64,000 nt of DNA from a bacterium. GTDB taxonomy: Bacteria > JAAXHH01. The number at the start of each line of letters is the position of its first letter. Position 1 is the first letter of the stretch. The notes under the pieces are model-generated. The model was not told where the DNA came from. It searched no databases and saw nothing but the letters and a program-made list of their open reading frames with translations. The stretch spans positions 1,024,395 to 1,088,394 of the forward strand of contig OY843748.1 of NCBI GenBank assembly GCA_963693015.1. Reading direction: 5' to 3'. Below, piece after piece: positions 9,344 through 21,126 of the stretch. The position numbers and the translations under genes were made by a program.

Positions 9344-10276
9344 ATGCGCCGATTTACCCGAACCCCCTACCTGTCCGGCCCGGACGACCCGGCATACCGT
9401 GAGATCCGGGGCGTGCTCGAACCCGGAGAGACGGTCCGGGTGGAGACCTACGGCGGCCACGACCAGGACTATCTGGCCAAGAAGGACCTGCGGGCCGGGG
9501 CGGTCATGGACGTGGACCCCTACCGCCACTCCCGTCCGTGCGGTCCCTTCCATATCGAGGGGATCGAGGCCGGCGACTGGGTGTCCGTGGAAATCATCGA
9601 CATGGAAGTCGGCGCCTACGGCTTCTACCGCAACGGCGGACCTCACTGGGGCAGCCTGCGCCTGATCGCGCCGGTGCGGGACGGCCTCGTCCATTTCCCA
9701 CCCGATTTCGTCGTCCCGGTCCGGCCCATGATCGGCGTCGTCCAGCTGGAGTCGGTGGCGCCCCACCAGATCGATACGGGCGGCAACATGGACTTCAACG
9801 CGATTCAGCCGGGGAGCACGGTGCACGTAAAGGCGCAGAAGCCGGGGGGACTGCTGACCCTGGGCGACGTGCACGCGCGGATGGGGGACGGCGAGCTGAC
9901 GGGTACTGGCGTGGAGATCGATTCGACGATCACGATGCGGGTGGACCGGTCACCCGGGTTTCCGTGCAGCGCGCCGGTCGTGGAGAAGACCCGGATCGTG
10001 GAGTCTCAGGAAGAGTACCTGACCAGCGGACAGGGCTACAACTGGGAAGAGGCCGTCAAGATCGCCTGGAGCGAGATGAACGCCCTGATCGCGGACCGGT
10101 ACGACACCACGGTGGAATACGCCAATCTCATCGTCGGCACCATCGCCGACGCCCGCCCGGGATACGCCGCCGGCCTGCTGAACCGCCGGGGCAACGCCGA
10201 CAAGGACGCGTACGTGACCTGCCAGATGGCGGTGACGAAGGAACTGCGGAGAACGGGTACGCCCTACGTGCCCTGA
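9344..10276 (+). CDS. Acetamidase/formamidase (FmdA/AmdA) family amidase
   Basis: 310 aa behind an AAGGAG ribosome-binding site. GDVHARMGDGELTGTGVE and the general layout fit the FmdA_AmdA family. Confidence 0.85.
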   Translation: MRRFTRTPYLSGPDDPAYREIRGVLEPGETVRVETYGGHDQDYLAKKDLRAGAVMDVDPYRHSRPCGPFHIEGIEAGDWVSVEIIDMEVGAYGFYRNGGPHWGSLRLIAPVRDGLVHFPPDFVVPVRPMIGVVQLESVAPHQIDTGGNMDFNAIQPGSTVHVKAQKPGGLLTLGDVHARMGDGELTGTGVEIDSTITMRVDRSPGFPCSAPVVEKTRIVESQEEYLTSGQGYNWEEAVKIAWSEMNALIADRYDTTVEYANLIVGTIADARPGYAAGLLNRRGNADKDAYVTCQMAVTKELRRTGTPYVP

Positions 10277-10347
10277 CTCTCGTACAACGCCCGGAAGGCG
10301 TTCAGTTCCTTCCTCTATCGCTGTGGTTTCGCCATGTCGGTGTCGTT

Positions 10348-10674
10348 CTACTGCAGGGGAGAAAAAGAAACCGGCGCGAGGATCCGGTTGGCCACCTCCG
10401 CCACCAGCACGCCGTTGATTTCGCTGTCGGCCTTGGCCTTGATCCAGGCGGGATCGGCCATGAACGCCGCCCAGGCCCGGTCGCGGTGGTTCGCGTCCTC
10501 GAAGGCCAGCAGGTAGGTGAGTTCGTGGTTGCTCGGGCCCACCACGGTCTGCCAGAAGCCGACCAGCTTCATGCCGTGTTTCTCGAAGAGGGGTACGGCG
10601 TGGTTGGTGAACCGGTTCAGGATATCCGGCACGCGGCCGGGCATGATTTTGTAGATGCGTTCTTCGTAGATCAT
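10348..10674 (-). CDS. NIPSNAP family protein
   Basis: 108 aa: MIYEERIYKIMPGRVPD...LVGFWQTVVGPSNHELTYLLAFEDANHRDRAW, matching NIPSNAP/dabb-like consensus. It lies downstream of the class V aminotransferase in the same operon. Confidence 0.75.
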   Translation of the reverse strand: MIYEERIYKIMPGRVPDILNRFTNHAVPLFEKHGMKLVGFWQTVVGPSNHELTYLLAFEDANHRDRAWAAFMADPAWIKAKADSEINGVLVAEVANRILAPVSFSPLQ

Positions 10675-10707
10675 TTCAGTTTCTCCCGAGGGCTGGTTCG
10701 TTGGAGA

Positions 10708-11853
10708 TCAGTCCAGGCCGGCCAGGCACGCGCCGCGCGCGACGTCGTATCCCTGTCGGCGCAGGTATTGCTCCAGGCCGACGAGGAAGGGCGTCACGGC
10801 CTCCAGGCTGGCGTTGTGCGCCATGTGGCCCACGCGTATCGACCGGTTTACGTAGTCTCCCAGGCCCAGGCCGATATGCATGCCATACTCGGCCTTCATG
10901 AAATCAGAGAAAGCTACGGGCTTGAACCGGTCTTCCGACAGGATGACCGTCATGTTGACGCAGGCGGCCCGCTCCTCGGCCATGACCTCCAACCCCATCG
11001 CGCGGACGCCTTCCCGCACCACGCGGGCCACCTTGCGGTGACGGGTCCAGGTGGCCTCGAGTCCCTCCTCCAGGATGGCGGCGGTGCTCTTCTCCAAAGC
11101 GACGAAGTTGTTGACGGGCATGGTGCCGGGATGGGGATGGACGTCGGCCTGCGTGACGGCGAAGTGCCGCAGGTTCTGCAGGTCGGTCATGAATCCACGG
11201 GGCTTCCGCCGCTCCTTCATGGCGTCCCAGGCCCGGTCGCCCACGGCCACGAGAGCCAGGCCCGGCGGCGCGCCCAGGGCCTTCTGAGAGGCGCACACCG
11301 TGACGTCGATGCCCCAGGCATCCATCAGGTATTGCTCGCCGCCCAGGGAAGCGATGGTATCCACCAGGACGAGCATGCCGTGTTCCCGGCCGGCGGCGGC
11401 CAGTTCATGGACCGGGTTGGCCACGCCGGTCGACGTCTCCCCGTGAACCATGAAGACGGCCTTCAGACCGGGGTTTTCGGCGGCCGCCTCGTGGACGTCC
11501 GACGCTTCAAACGACACGCCCCAGGGTTTCTTCAGCACCACCGAATCCAGCCCGAACGCCCTGGCGAGATCGTCCAGCCGCCGGCCGAACAGGCCGTTGT
11601 CGAGCGTCAGGATCCGGTCGCCGGGGTTGAACAGGCTGTTCATGACCACGTCGTTGGCCGTGTGGCCCGACCCCACGAGCACGAAGACCTCGCCTTCCGT
11701 CCCGATCACGCGCTGAAGATTGGATACGGTCTTGCGCCAGATCTCCACCCAGCGGTCGCCGTAGTGGGCGGTGAGGGGATCGTTCATGTGGGCTGCCACG
11801 TCCGGGCTGATTTCGACGGGGCCGGGGATCATCAAACGGTAGTGTTTACGCAT
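10708..11853 (-). CDS. Class V aminotransferase (serine-pyruvate / alanine-glyoxylate / AEP-pyruvate transaminase-like)
   Basis: Start MRKHYRLMIPGPVEISPDV at 11853. GSGHTANDVVMNS...CASQKALGAPPG shows the class V fold with a PLP lysine context. The track N-terminal extension to 12165 is low-complexity and is rejected. Confidence 0.8.
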   Translation of the reverse strand: MRKHYRLMIPGPVEISPDVAAHMNDPLTAHYGDRWVEIWRKTVSNLQRVIGTEGEVFVLVGSGHTANDVVMNSLFNPGDRILTLDNGLFGRRLDDLARAFGLDSVVLKKPWGVSFEASDVHEAAAENPGLKAVFMVHGETSTGVANPVHELAAAGREHGMLVLVDTIASLGGEQYLMDAWGIDVTVCASQKALGAPPGLALVAVGDRAWDAMKERRKPRGFMTDLQNLRHFAVTQADVHPHPGTMPVNNFVALEKSTAAILEEGLEATWTRHRKVARVVREGVRAMGLEVMAEERAACVNMTVILSEDRFKPVAFSDFMKAEYGMHIGLGLGDYVNRSIRVGHMAHNASLEAVTPFLVGLEQYLRRQGYDVARGACLAGLD

Positions 11854-12200
11854 CAAAGGCACCTGTGGATGGCTCCTGCGGGTGAGTTCAGTCGTCGTTT
11901 CCGCGCGCACGGAACAGCGCACGGAACATCGTTCGAATATACGGAGGCCAGGCGGGCGGATCAACAGAGAAAAACTGAAGGCGGGAAGGCGGGAAGGCGT
12001 ATCTCTATAGTGATCGTTCTTGGGGAAATGGGACATATATGCCTTGACTTGACCGGAAACCCTTTTTTTATTGTCTACGCCGGTTTTGGTGCGAAAAGAC
12101 GCACAGGCATGGAAGCACGCTCCGAAGTGCGGATGTATCCGGGGCCGAAGTGGATACTTCAACATCCCGGCGTATTGACGCCGGTACGAGGATAAAGTAA

Positions 12201-13973
<1,773 letters not shown>

Positions 13974-14033
13974 GCGAACGCGCCGGTTGTTTCCCGCGGG
14001 GAACCCGGCCCCTCGCCTAGTGGAGCAAGCATA

Positions 14034-15053
14034 TTGAAGTTGTACGACCGTGACGCCGCGCAGGAACTGCGTCACCTCCTGGGCAGGTTCACCCGAGCGC
14101 CGGTGGCCCACCTGCCCACGCCGCTACAGGACTGTCCTCGCCTCGGGGAGGCCCTCGGGGGCCCCCGCATTCTCTTCAAACGCGATGACATGACCGGGCT
14201 GGCCATGGGCGGTAACAAGGCCCGCCAGTTCACCTACTCGCTGGGTCCCGCCCTCGACAGCGGCTGCGACTACCTGCTCCACGGGTCCGATTCCCAGTCC
14301 AACCAGTCCGCGCAGACCGCCGCCGCCGCCGCCCGGCTCGGCATGAAGTCCATCGTGGTCATCCCGCGGGACCACAGATCCTACCCCGTTTCCGGCAACC
14401 TGCTGCTCGATCACCTTCTGGCGGACCAGATCAAGTACGTCTTTCCCCTGACCGTGAAGGACGAGTTGAAAAAGCAGATCGAGGAACTGGAAGCGAAGGG
14501 GTCGAAACCCTACGACACGAGCAGCGACGGGGCGATACTTCGCGCGGTGGCCTACGTGGACGCCGCCCTGGAACTTTGCGGGCAATTGGCACAGCGTGAC
14601 ATCGCGCCGAGGGCCATCTACACGAGTTCCATGACCTATACGATCGTCGGCCTGGTGGTCGGCCTCCGCGCCGTCTCCGCCTGCTTCAGGGCCGTCGGGC
14701 TCAATTACTGGGTGGGGGACGACCGGGAGATGCAGGAACGTCTCGCGCCCGTGGCCAACGAATGCGCCTCGGTCATCGGGCTCAAGCACACTTTCACGCC
14801 GGACGATTTCGATGTCACCTGCGCCTTCGCCAAACCGGATTTCGGCGAACCGTCGCGCACCAGCCTCGAAACCATGCGCCTGGTGGCGCAGACCGAGGGC
14901 ATCGTACTCGACCCGGTATACACGGCCAAGGCCATGGACGGCCTGGCCATACACATCAGGGAAGGGCGTTTCCAGACGGACGACACCGTCTTATTCCTGC
15001 ACACGGGAGGAACGCCCGCCATATTCGCCTACGGAGACGAGCTCTTCGGTTGA
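14034..15053 (+). CDS. PLP-dependent fold-type II enzyme of the ACC deaminase / D-cysteine desulfhydrase family
   Basis: TTG start preceded by GGAG. LPTPLQ...LFKRDDMTGLAMGGNKARQF resembles the ACC deaminase/DcyD family. Confidence 0.75.
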   Translation: MKLYDRDAAQELRHLLGRFTRAPVAHLPTPLQDCPRLGEALGGPRILFKRDDMTGLAMGGNKARQFTYSLGPALDSGCDYLLHGSDSQSNQSAQTAAAAARLGMKSIVVIPRDHRSYPVSGNLLLDHLLADQIKYVFPLTVKDELKKQIEELEAKGSKPYDTSSDGAILRAVAYVDAALELCGQLAQRDIAPRAIYTSSMTYTIVGLVVGLRAVSACFRAVGLNYWVGDDREMQERLAPVANECASVIGLKHTFTPDDFDVTCAFAKPDFGEPSRTSLETMRLVAQTEGIVLDPVYTAKAMDGLAIHIREGRFQTDDTVLFLHTGGTPAIFAYGDELFG

Positions 15054-15120
15054 GCCGCTCCGGTTGGAATTCACCAACCCATCCAAGAGAGGTAACGCTA
15101 TTTTGTTTCGCAGATCATCC

Positions 15121-15156
15121 AAGACGGCCAAGACGGCCAAGACGGCCAAGACGGCC
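15121..15156 (+). repeat. Tandem 9-nt repeat (aagacggcc) x4 immediately upstream of the second formamidase
   Basis: Direct reading gives aagacggccaagacggccaagacggccaagacggcc. The repeat is intergenic if the CDS starts at GTG 15214, or encodes KTAKTAKTAK if the TTG at 15103 is used. Confidence 0.6.
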
Positions 15157-15213
15157 AGAGCGTCAAAGACAGGCGGACCAGGCGGGCCAGAAAACGCAGG
15201 GCTGACCAGACGG

Positions 15214-16821
15214 GTGCCCAGAGACCAGGTGCAAGAGGTATTCAGCCCGAACGTCTCCCCGGCCATTACCGTCAGCCGCGGCGAGACCATCGTCGTGGAG
15301 ACACAGGACTGTTACAGGGGTCTTCTTACGGCAGCGCGTGAAACAGGTCGTGACGGCGACCGGTCCGATCAGGCCGATCGGGCCGATCGGGCCGCCGGAA
15401 TACCGGTAACCGGCCCCATCTACGTGGAAGAGGCCCATATCGGCGACGTCCTTTCCATACAGGTCAAGCAGATCAGTACGGCGGACAAGGGCGTATTCGC
15501 CGTGTGCCCGGAAACGGGCGTCCCCGGGCAGGATATCCAGAAACCGGGGGCACGTGTCCTTGAAGTCAACGAAGACCACGTCCAGCTGGACGACCGGCTC
15601 AAACTGCCGTTGCGCCCGGTCATCGGTAATCTGGGCGTCGCCGCGAAGCACGGGGAAATCGATACCGTATATCCGGGCAGGCACGGCGGCAACATGGACA
15701 CCCTGGAAATTACGACCGGTTCCCGGGTCTACCTCCCCGTTCAGGTCAACGGCGCCCTGCTGTCCCTGGGCGATATCAAGGCCTGCGTGGGCGACGGCCA
15801 GATCGCCGGTTCGGGGGTCGAAGTCGAAGCGGAGGTCACCCTGCGGGTGGACACGCTGCCGGGCGGCCGGTTTTCCTGGCCCCGGGTCGAATCGAAGGGC
15901 GAATGGGTCACCATCACGTCCGCGTCCACGGTCGACCAGGCGGTGCGCCTGGCGATCACCGAGATGGTGAAATGGATTACGCAGGACAAGGGACTCGATT
16001 TCGATACGGCCTACGCACTGGTGAGCCTGGGAGGCAGTCTCCGTGTCAGCCAGTGGGGGAACCCGCTGATCACCGCGCGCATGGTTTTTCCCAAGCGGCT
16101 GATCAACAAGCTCAAATCGGTGCCTACCGCTTCCGGACGGCTCAACTACAGGACCCTGCCGCCCGCGGCCAACGGCGGCACGGGTGGCGAAACGGTGGCT
16201 GAAGAAGCGGGACAAACGGCTGGCCGTTCGTCCCGACGTAGCGGTTCGGGCCGTTCTCAGCGTTCGTCGAGCCGATCCCGGCAATCCGGCGGCCGGCGCG
16301 GCACGCGACAGAAGTCGAACGGCGCCTCTTCTTCCGCGAGCGCCGAAAGCAGCCAGCAGGAAGCAGCACCGCAGCCGGAAGCTGCGTCAAGACAGGAAGC
16401 AGCACCGAATCCGGACGAGGCAGCGCAGCCGGATGGGGCAGCACGGCCGGACGATACTGTACAGCAGGAAGCAGCTCCGCAGCAGGAAGCTGCGTCACGA
16501 CAGGAAGCAGCTCCGCAGCAGGACGCAACAACGGAAACCCAGGACGTCGAGGCCGGTCCGGCAGCCGGGAAGGGTAACGGCCACGGAGACGGGACAAGTA
16601 GAACCGGCAGGAGCAGAACGTCAGGCAGGAGAAGAGCTTCGGGCAGGAGAAAGGCTTCCACCGCTAAAAAGGACGCGTCGTCCGATCCGGCGGAGGCATC
16701 TCCCGGTGTGACGGAAACCACGAATGAAGATACGCAGGCCGAAAACGGCGCTCAACCGGAAGCCGCCGACCGCAAACCTACCTTTGGAAGAAGGCAGCGA
16801 CGTACGGTCCGCAGGGCATAA
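15214..16821 (+). CDS. Acetamidase/formamidase family paralog with a roughly 250 aa C-terminal low-complexity tail (RS-rich with QQEAAP-type repeats)
   Basis: The catalytic body (SRGETIVVETQD...GDIKACVGDGQIAGSGVE) aligns with the paralog at 9344. The track ORF from 14812 overlaps the previous gene. The GTG at 15214 reproduces the N-terminal length of the paralog; an alternative TTG at 15103 has an AAGAGAGG ribosome-binding site. The tail continues in frame to 16821 with no stop codon. Confidence 0.65.
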   Translation: MPRDQVQEVFSPNVSPAITVSRGETIVVETQDCYRGLLTAARETGRDGDRSDQADRADRAAGIPVTGPIYVEEAHIGDVLSIQVKQISTADKGVFAVCPETGVPGQDIQKPGARVLEVNEDHVQLDDRLKLPLRPVIGNLGVAAKHGEIDTVYPGRHGGNMDTLEITTGSRVYLPVQVNGALLSLGDIKACVGDGQIAGSGVEVEAEVTLRVDTLPGGRFSWPRVESKGEWVTITSASTVDQAVRLAITEMVKWITQDKGLDFDTAYALVSLGGSLRVSQWGNPLITARMVFPKRLINKLKSVPTASGRLNYRTLPPAANGGTGGETVAEEAGQTAGRSSRRSGSGRSQRSSSRSRQSGGRRGTRQKSNGASSSASAESSQQEAAPQPEAASRQEAAPNPDEAAQPDGAARPDDTVQQEAAPQQEAASRQEAAPQQDATTETQDVEAGPAAGKGNGHGDGTSRTGRSRTSGRRRASGRRKASTAKKDASSDPAEASPGVTETTNEDTQAENGAQPEAADRKPTFGRRQRRTVRRA

Positions 16822-16984
16822 AGAAGGACGTGAGCCCGCTGGCGGCCTGTCCGGGGCGCCTGGGGCGCGGTATTTTATTGAAGTATAGCGAAGAGGTATA
16901 GCGAATCTACCGGACAACCGGAGCGGGATGCCGTAGCGCGATGCGGCTTCCGGCCGGCGGGATATGGGCGACCGGACGCGCGCT

Positions 16985-17374
16985 TCAGCTTCGCTTCGAC
17001 TCCACGTCGATCCGGAACTCGGTCTCGAACGCCGTGGTAAAGTCGAACACCTCGTCGAAATCCTCGATGGCGTCCTCTTCGGTTTTCCGCAGCAATCCCT
17101 CGTTGACCAGGTTGAAGACGATATCGCCGAAGTGGCGGGTCTTCGTGACGTTCCACTCCTCGAAGACCAGTTTCGCCGCGATGCCGAACCGTTCGATGGC
17201 AAAGTCCCTGATGCCCAGGGAGAGTTCCTTCCCCGTGATGTGCCTGCGGACGGTCAGTTTCTCCACCGTGTACGAAACCGCCTCCATGACGAAGAGGTAG
17301 GCCCGCCGGGGATAGCGGCCGTCGCTTTCAAGGATGCGGTCCAGTACTTCCTGCGGATCCTGTTCTTCCGACAA
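16985..17374 (-). CDS. Hypothetical conserved protein (129 aa, acidic)
   Basis: Host-like GC and codon bias. It lies 63 nt downstream of the membrane-protein gene on the same strand. No motif recognised. Confidence 0.5.
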   Translation of the reverse strand: MSEEQDPQEVLDRILESDGRYPRRAYLFVMEAVSYTVEKLTVRRHITGKELSLGIRDFAIERFGIAAKLVFEEWNVTKTRHFGDIVFNLVNEGLLRKTEEDAIEDFDEVFDFTTAFETEFRIDVESKRS

Positions 17375-17437
17375 ATTCAGACTCCCGGTGTAATCCTCTG
17401 CATCTTCTGTATCTATACCGCGAGGCGACTTGCCCGG

Positions 17438-19432
17438 TCACCAGGTCTGCACGGGATGGCCGGCCTGCGGGAACCACATCCAGTCCGCCGCGTAGGACAG
17501 GAACACGCCCAGTACGAATGCGACGAGCATGCCCAGTACGGCGGGTATGGCCTTGCGGTACAGCTGGATGCCGCCCACCTTCAGCAGCAGGGCCTTCACG
17601 AACCAGACCACGAAGACGGAGAACACGGAACTGACCATCCCCGGCGTCATGACCACGGCGAACCCGATGGGATGGAGCGACCACCAGGTGAACCGGTGGT
17701 GGGCCTGGATCAGCAGCGCGGTCACCAGGCCGCCGATGGCCATGAACCAGAATTCCGTGCCCGTGATCGCCTGCTCGTTGTTGATCCATTTCACCAGGTT
17801 GTCATAGGGTAGCTTGCTCCCCGTGTTGAAGGCGGGTTCCAGGAAATTCGACGCCCCGCTGTGGGTGTATCCCAGGTATACGGTGTAGGCCACTGCTACG
17901 ACGATGCTCAGGGCCAGCACCGCGGTGATCGTCCGGAACGCCCCCTTCCCGGTCCCCCCCATTTCGTCGTCCACCTTGGCGATATGCCCCATGGAGCACA
18001 TCCCGAGCGTCCGCCAGTTTCGGGCGTAGGCGTTGCCGATGGCCAGGTTGGTCAGGTCCCGCGTGCCGATGCTCCCGGATCCGATGACGGCCACGGTGAA
18101 ATCGTGGGTCTCGAAGGGCAGGTCCAGGAACACGATCCCCGTCTCCGCCACGATGCGGGTCACGCCTACGAACATGAGCAGCAGCGATCCCATCATGAAG
18201 GCGATGATGCCCAGGGACATCCCGGAGGCGTACAGCCAGCAGACGATGTACGTGACGCCGCCCAGGACGCCCAGCGCGGCCATGCGGTAGGAGAAGAACT
18301 CCCGCGAATCGTCCACGTGAGGGGCCTTTCCGATCGCCTTCATGAACACGTCCTTCAAGTGACGCCGCGCGGCCCAGAGGGCGAACAGGGAAAAGACGAG
18401 AAATCCCCCGGAATGCTGGGACTTGACGACCGCGAAGGCCTGGGGCACGCCGAGGCGGATCATGACGCCCTGCTGGATGATCATGATGACGAAGAAGACC
18501 CAGATGCTGAAGAGGACATTGAGGTTCGTGAAGTAACCGACCCCCGCCACCAGGAAATTGAACCGGATGGGTATGGCGGGGAAAGACCGGGCCAGTACGA
18601 GGGGGAAATTGTGCAAGGGGCCGATGGGGATCGAACTGACCCAGTTGAAGAACCCCACGATGTTCCACAGAAAGATGAATAGCGTGATGCCGAAGCCGTA
18701 CCAGAACAGTTTCGACTGCATCACGGCGGGAAGTCGGCTCCGGCCCGTTCCTTCTTCGATCAGGATCAGCGGGATCTGCGCCAGCGGGAAGGTCAGCCTT
18801 TCGTGTTCCACCCACTGCTTTCGCAGCATGACCATGGCCGAGGCGCCGACCACGAAGATCGCGAGGAAGAAGGTGATCCACCAGAAGAGCGGGATCATCC
18901 AGGCGTTCCGGAGCAGCCCCAGAAACGAGGGCCGACTTTCCGGCACACCTTCGAAGAACCACGAAATGGCCCGTTCCTCGTCGGGCACGATGAGCCACGA
19001 GGGCAGGTACCGAAAGAACAATTCCGCCCACTGGTTCTCCGTCGTGGCGTAGTAATGAGGCGCGGTAATGGCCGAGATCCAGTAGGAGCTGAAAGGCCAG
19101 GCGGGGATGGTGGACGCCGTGAAGACCAGGAAGAAAACGACGATGAGTTCGTTCCGGTTCAGCACCCAGGCCGGCAGGAAGACCCTGAACAGAGGGTTGA
19201 AGACCAGCAGGACCAGCAGGAAGGGGAACAGTGCGGCCACGGGCAGGTGGGTCAGGCTGATATAGGACGACCCGGTAACGTACGCCGCGTGGAGCGTCCA
19301 GACGTTCAGCAGGACGGACATGACGACGCCGATCAAAAGCGCCTTTTTGGTCAGTCCCGACGTGAGGGTGCGCGCCGGGCCTCCGCTTTCTTCTTTACCC
19401 GTCTGCGGGGGCGTGGTGCTGGTATTGGACAT
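17438..19432 (-). CDS. Polytopic membrane protein (664 aa, at least 12 predicted TM segments), putative transporter; paralog of 23399..25381
   Basis: Many hydrophobic segments (LLIGVVMSVLLNVWTL, VAALFPFLLVLLVFNPLF and others). It shares conserved blocks with the 660 aa protein at 23399 (RYLPSWLIVPDEE vs DTLPAWLVISGKTD; LRKQWVEHERLTFPL vs LRKQWVSHERLRFPL). Family not recognised. Confidence 0.75.
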   Translation of the reverse strand: MSNTSTTPPQTGKEESGGPARTLTSGLTKKALLIGVVMSVLLNVWTLHAAYVTGSSYISLTHLPVAALFPFLLVLLVFNPLFRVFLPAWVLNRNELIVVFFLVFTASTIPAWPFSSYWISAITAPHYYATTENQWAELFFRYLPSWLIVPDEERAISWFFEGVPESRPSFLGLLRNAWMIPLFWWITFFLAIFVVGASAMVMLRKQWVEHERLTFPLAQIPLILIEEGTGRSRLPAVMQSKLFWYGFGITLFIFLWNIVGFFNWVSSIPIGPLHNFPLVLARSFPAIPIRFNFLVAGVGYFTNLNVLFSIWVFFVIMIIQQGVMIRLGVPQAFAVVKSQHSGGFLVFSLFALWAARRHLKDVFMKAIGKAPHVDDSREFFSYRMAALGVLGGVTYIVCWLYASGMSLGIIAFMMGSLLLMFVGVTRIVAETGIVFLDLPFETHDFTVAVIGSGSIGTRDLTNLAIGNAYARNWRTLGMCSMGHIAKVDDEMGGTGKGAFRTITAVLALSIVVAVAYTVYLGYTHSGASNFLEPAFNTGSKLPYDNLVKWINNEQAITGTEFWFMAIGGLVTALLIQAHHRFTWWSLHPIGFAVVMTPGMVSSVFSVFVVWFVKALLLKVGGIQLYRKAIPAVLGMLVAFVLGVFLSYAADWMWFPQAGHPVQTW

Positions 19433-19537
19433 GGTGATTACGGATTCTTGTGGGGCTCCGTCGCCGCCGTGGACGGGTCCGATGCGCCGCCCTGCAGCGG
19501 ATGGGTCCGATACCCGGCCACTCGAAGGGCAACGCGG

Positions 19538-20908
19538 TTAATCCCAGGTGTTCAGACCCTCCCGGCCTAACGCCGGAAGGAGGACGAAGTGGTCGTCCGT
19601 TTCCTTCATCCTGTCCAGCAGAAGGCCATGGTGCCGCACGATTTCGTCCCTGTAAGCCGGATCCTCCAGCAGGTTGCGCTGCTCCCAGGGATCGTTCTCC
19701 AGGTCGAAGAACAGCCAGGGGCCGCCGCCGTGGTTGTCCCCGCGAACGGTGTACTTGTAGCGGGCGGACCGGAATCCGCGCCAGACCCAGTCGTGGAAGG
19801 CCACTCCCTGGCGCTGTTCGGCAATGAACTCGAGCATAACACCCTCTCTTTCAAGCCGGCCGAGGTTTCCGTGGATCAGCGGGGCCAGGTTCTCGCCGGG
19901 AAGGGCGTCCCTCGGCTTCAGGCCGGCCAGGCCCAGTATGGTGGGAAAAAGGTCCTCGGTGGATACGGGATCGTCGATTACGGCGCCGGCGCGGTCCGGG
20001 TGCCTGGGATCCGCCACGACAAGGGGTATCCCCGTGGACTCCTCGTAGGGCCACTGCTTTCCCCGAAGACCGTGGGCGCCCCCGAGTTCCCCGTGGTCCG
20101 ACAAGAACAGGACGACGGTCTCCCCGTGCAGTCCGGTGCGCAGCAGGAAGGCGCCCAGGCGGCCCATGTTCCAGTCCAGGTTCTCCACCATGGCGTAGTA
20201 CCGCTTCCGGTCGAGCATGATCCGTTCCATCGCCTCGGCATCGGCGGCATCGACGTTAGGCGGCACGACGATGTCCATCGCCTCCCAGGTGCGCCGTGAC
20301 GCCTCCGGCGCCTCGAAGGGATCATGGGGCGGCTCGACGGAGATCACCATGCAGAAGGGGCGGGACGGGTCCCGGCGTTCGAGGTAGTCCATGGCCAGAT
20401 CGAAGAGCCCGTCGGTCTGGTATCCTTCGACCGGCCTCGGCGTCGGATCGTCGTCCTCGAAATAAAAAGTATCGAAGGGACCATTCCTGAGCTCGAAACC
20501 CATCCATTTCTGCCAGCGGCCCCGGTAGGCTTTCTTCACGGGTGTCCGTCCGCACTGGACGGCGGATCCCATGCGTCCGTGGCCACCGTCGAGATGCCAT
20601 TTCCCCGTGTAGATCGTCTCGTACCCCGCCTCGTTGAATTCATCGGCCAGGGTCCGTTCCGCCGGAGACATCCTGTACTCGATCGCGGGGACCTTCCGGT
20701 CGTGGGCGTACAGGCCCGTCATGAACGTAAAGCGGAAAGGGACGCAGATAGGACAGGTCGAACTGGCGTTCTCGAAGCGGACGCCCCGGCCGGCCAGGGC
20801 GTCGACGTGGGGGGTGACGATGTTCGGGTCGCCGTAGGCGGACAGGGCCTGCCGCCGCAGTTGATCACTCAGCACGATCAGCACATTGGGCGGTGGAGCG
20901 GCCTTCAT
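19538..20908 (-). CDS. Sulfatase (S1 arylsulfatase family) without signal peptide
   Basis: 456 aa. The N-terminus MKAAPPPNVLIVLSDQLRRQ leads directly into the sulfatase core. The formylglycine motif CVPFRFTFMTG (C-x-P-x-R...TG) is present. No hydrophobic leader. Confidence 0.85.
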   Translation of the reverse strand: MKAAPPPNVLIVLSDQLRRQALSAYGDPNIVTPHVDALAGRGVRFENASSTCPICVPFRFTFMTGLYAHDRKVPAIEYRMSPAERTLADEFNEAGYETIYTGKWHLDGGHGRMGSAVQCGRTPVKKAYRGRWQKWMGFELRNGPFDTFYFEDDDPTPRPVEGYQTDGLFDLAMDYLERRDPSRPFCMVISVEPPHDPFEAPEASRRTWEAMDIVVPPNVDAADAEAMERIMLDRKRYYAMVENLDWNMGRLGAFLLRTGLHGETVVLFLSDHGELGGAHGLRGKQWPYEESTGIPLVVADPRHPDRAGAVIDDPVSTEDLFPTILGLAGLKPRDALPGENLAPLIHGNLGRLEREGVMLEFIAEQRQGVAFHDWVWRGFRSARYKYTVRGDNHGGGPWLFFDLENDPWEQRNLLEDPAYRDEIVRHHGLLLDRMKETDDHFVLLPALGREGLNTWD

Positions 20909-21126
20909 TCAGTCTTCCTCTTCCTGTCGCCGGGTGACGAAAGCACCATGGAAACGACCCGGCCGTCGGCGGCCCGTCAGACGGGGTCAAATAGGTTGTG
21001 TATCGATTGCGGCGCGGCTATATTGCCGGTGGACTGAGCGCTATATTTCCCGGTCAAGAGATTAACGATAATCGAAGGACAAATCAACAGGATTTACCGG
21101 CGCACGACGGTACGATCTCTTATCTC

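Noticed and set aside
9538-12195. 885 aa plus-strand ORF, and many similar long ORFs on the opposite strand of real genes (e.g. 1646..2272, 7283..8542, 22092..23528, 24776..26341, 30775..31497, 31275..32666, 39492..41024, 41029..42201, 44155..45504, 61310..62257, 62307..63662)
   Set aside because: They lie antisense to ORFs that have clear family-level homology. They are Arg/Gly/Pro/Ala-rich and lack stop codons only because of the high GC content. No ribosome-binding site or recognisable domain is present. They are treated as shadow ORFs.
14812-15102. N-terminal 100 codons of the long ORF 14812..16821 (MSPAPSPNRISANRRAPAS...)
   Set aside because: It overlaps the 3' end of the preceding ACC-deaminase-like gene in another frame and encodes low-complexity sequence. 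The formamidase homology begins only after position 15214.
16964-17812. 282 aa plus-strand ORF spanning the hypothetical gene and the membrane-protein 3' end
   Set aside because: It is antisense to two better-supported minus-strand genes, with biased composition and no motif. Treated as spurious.
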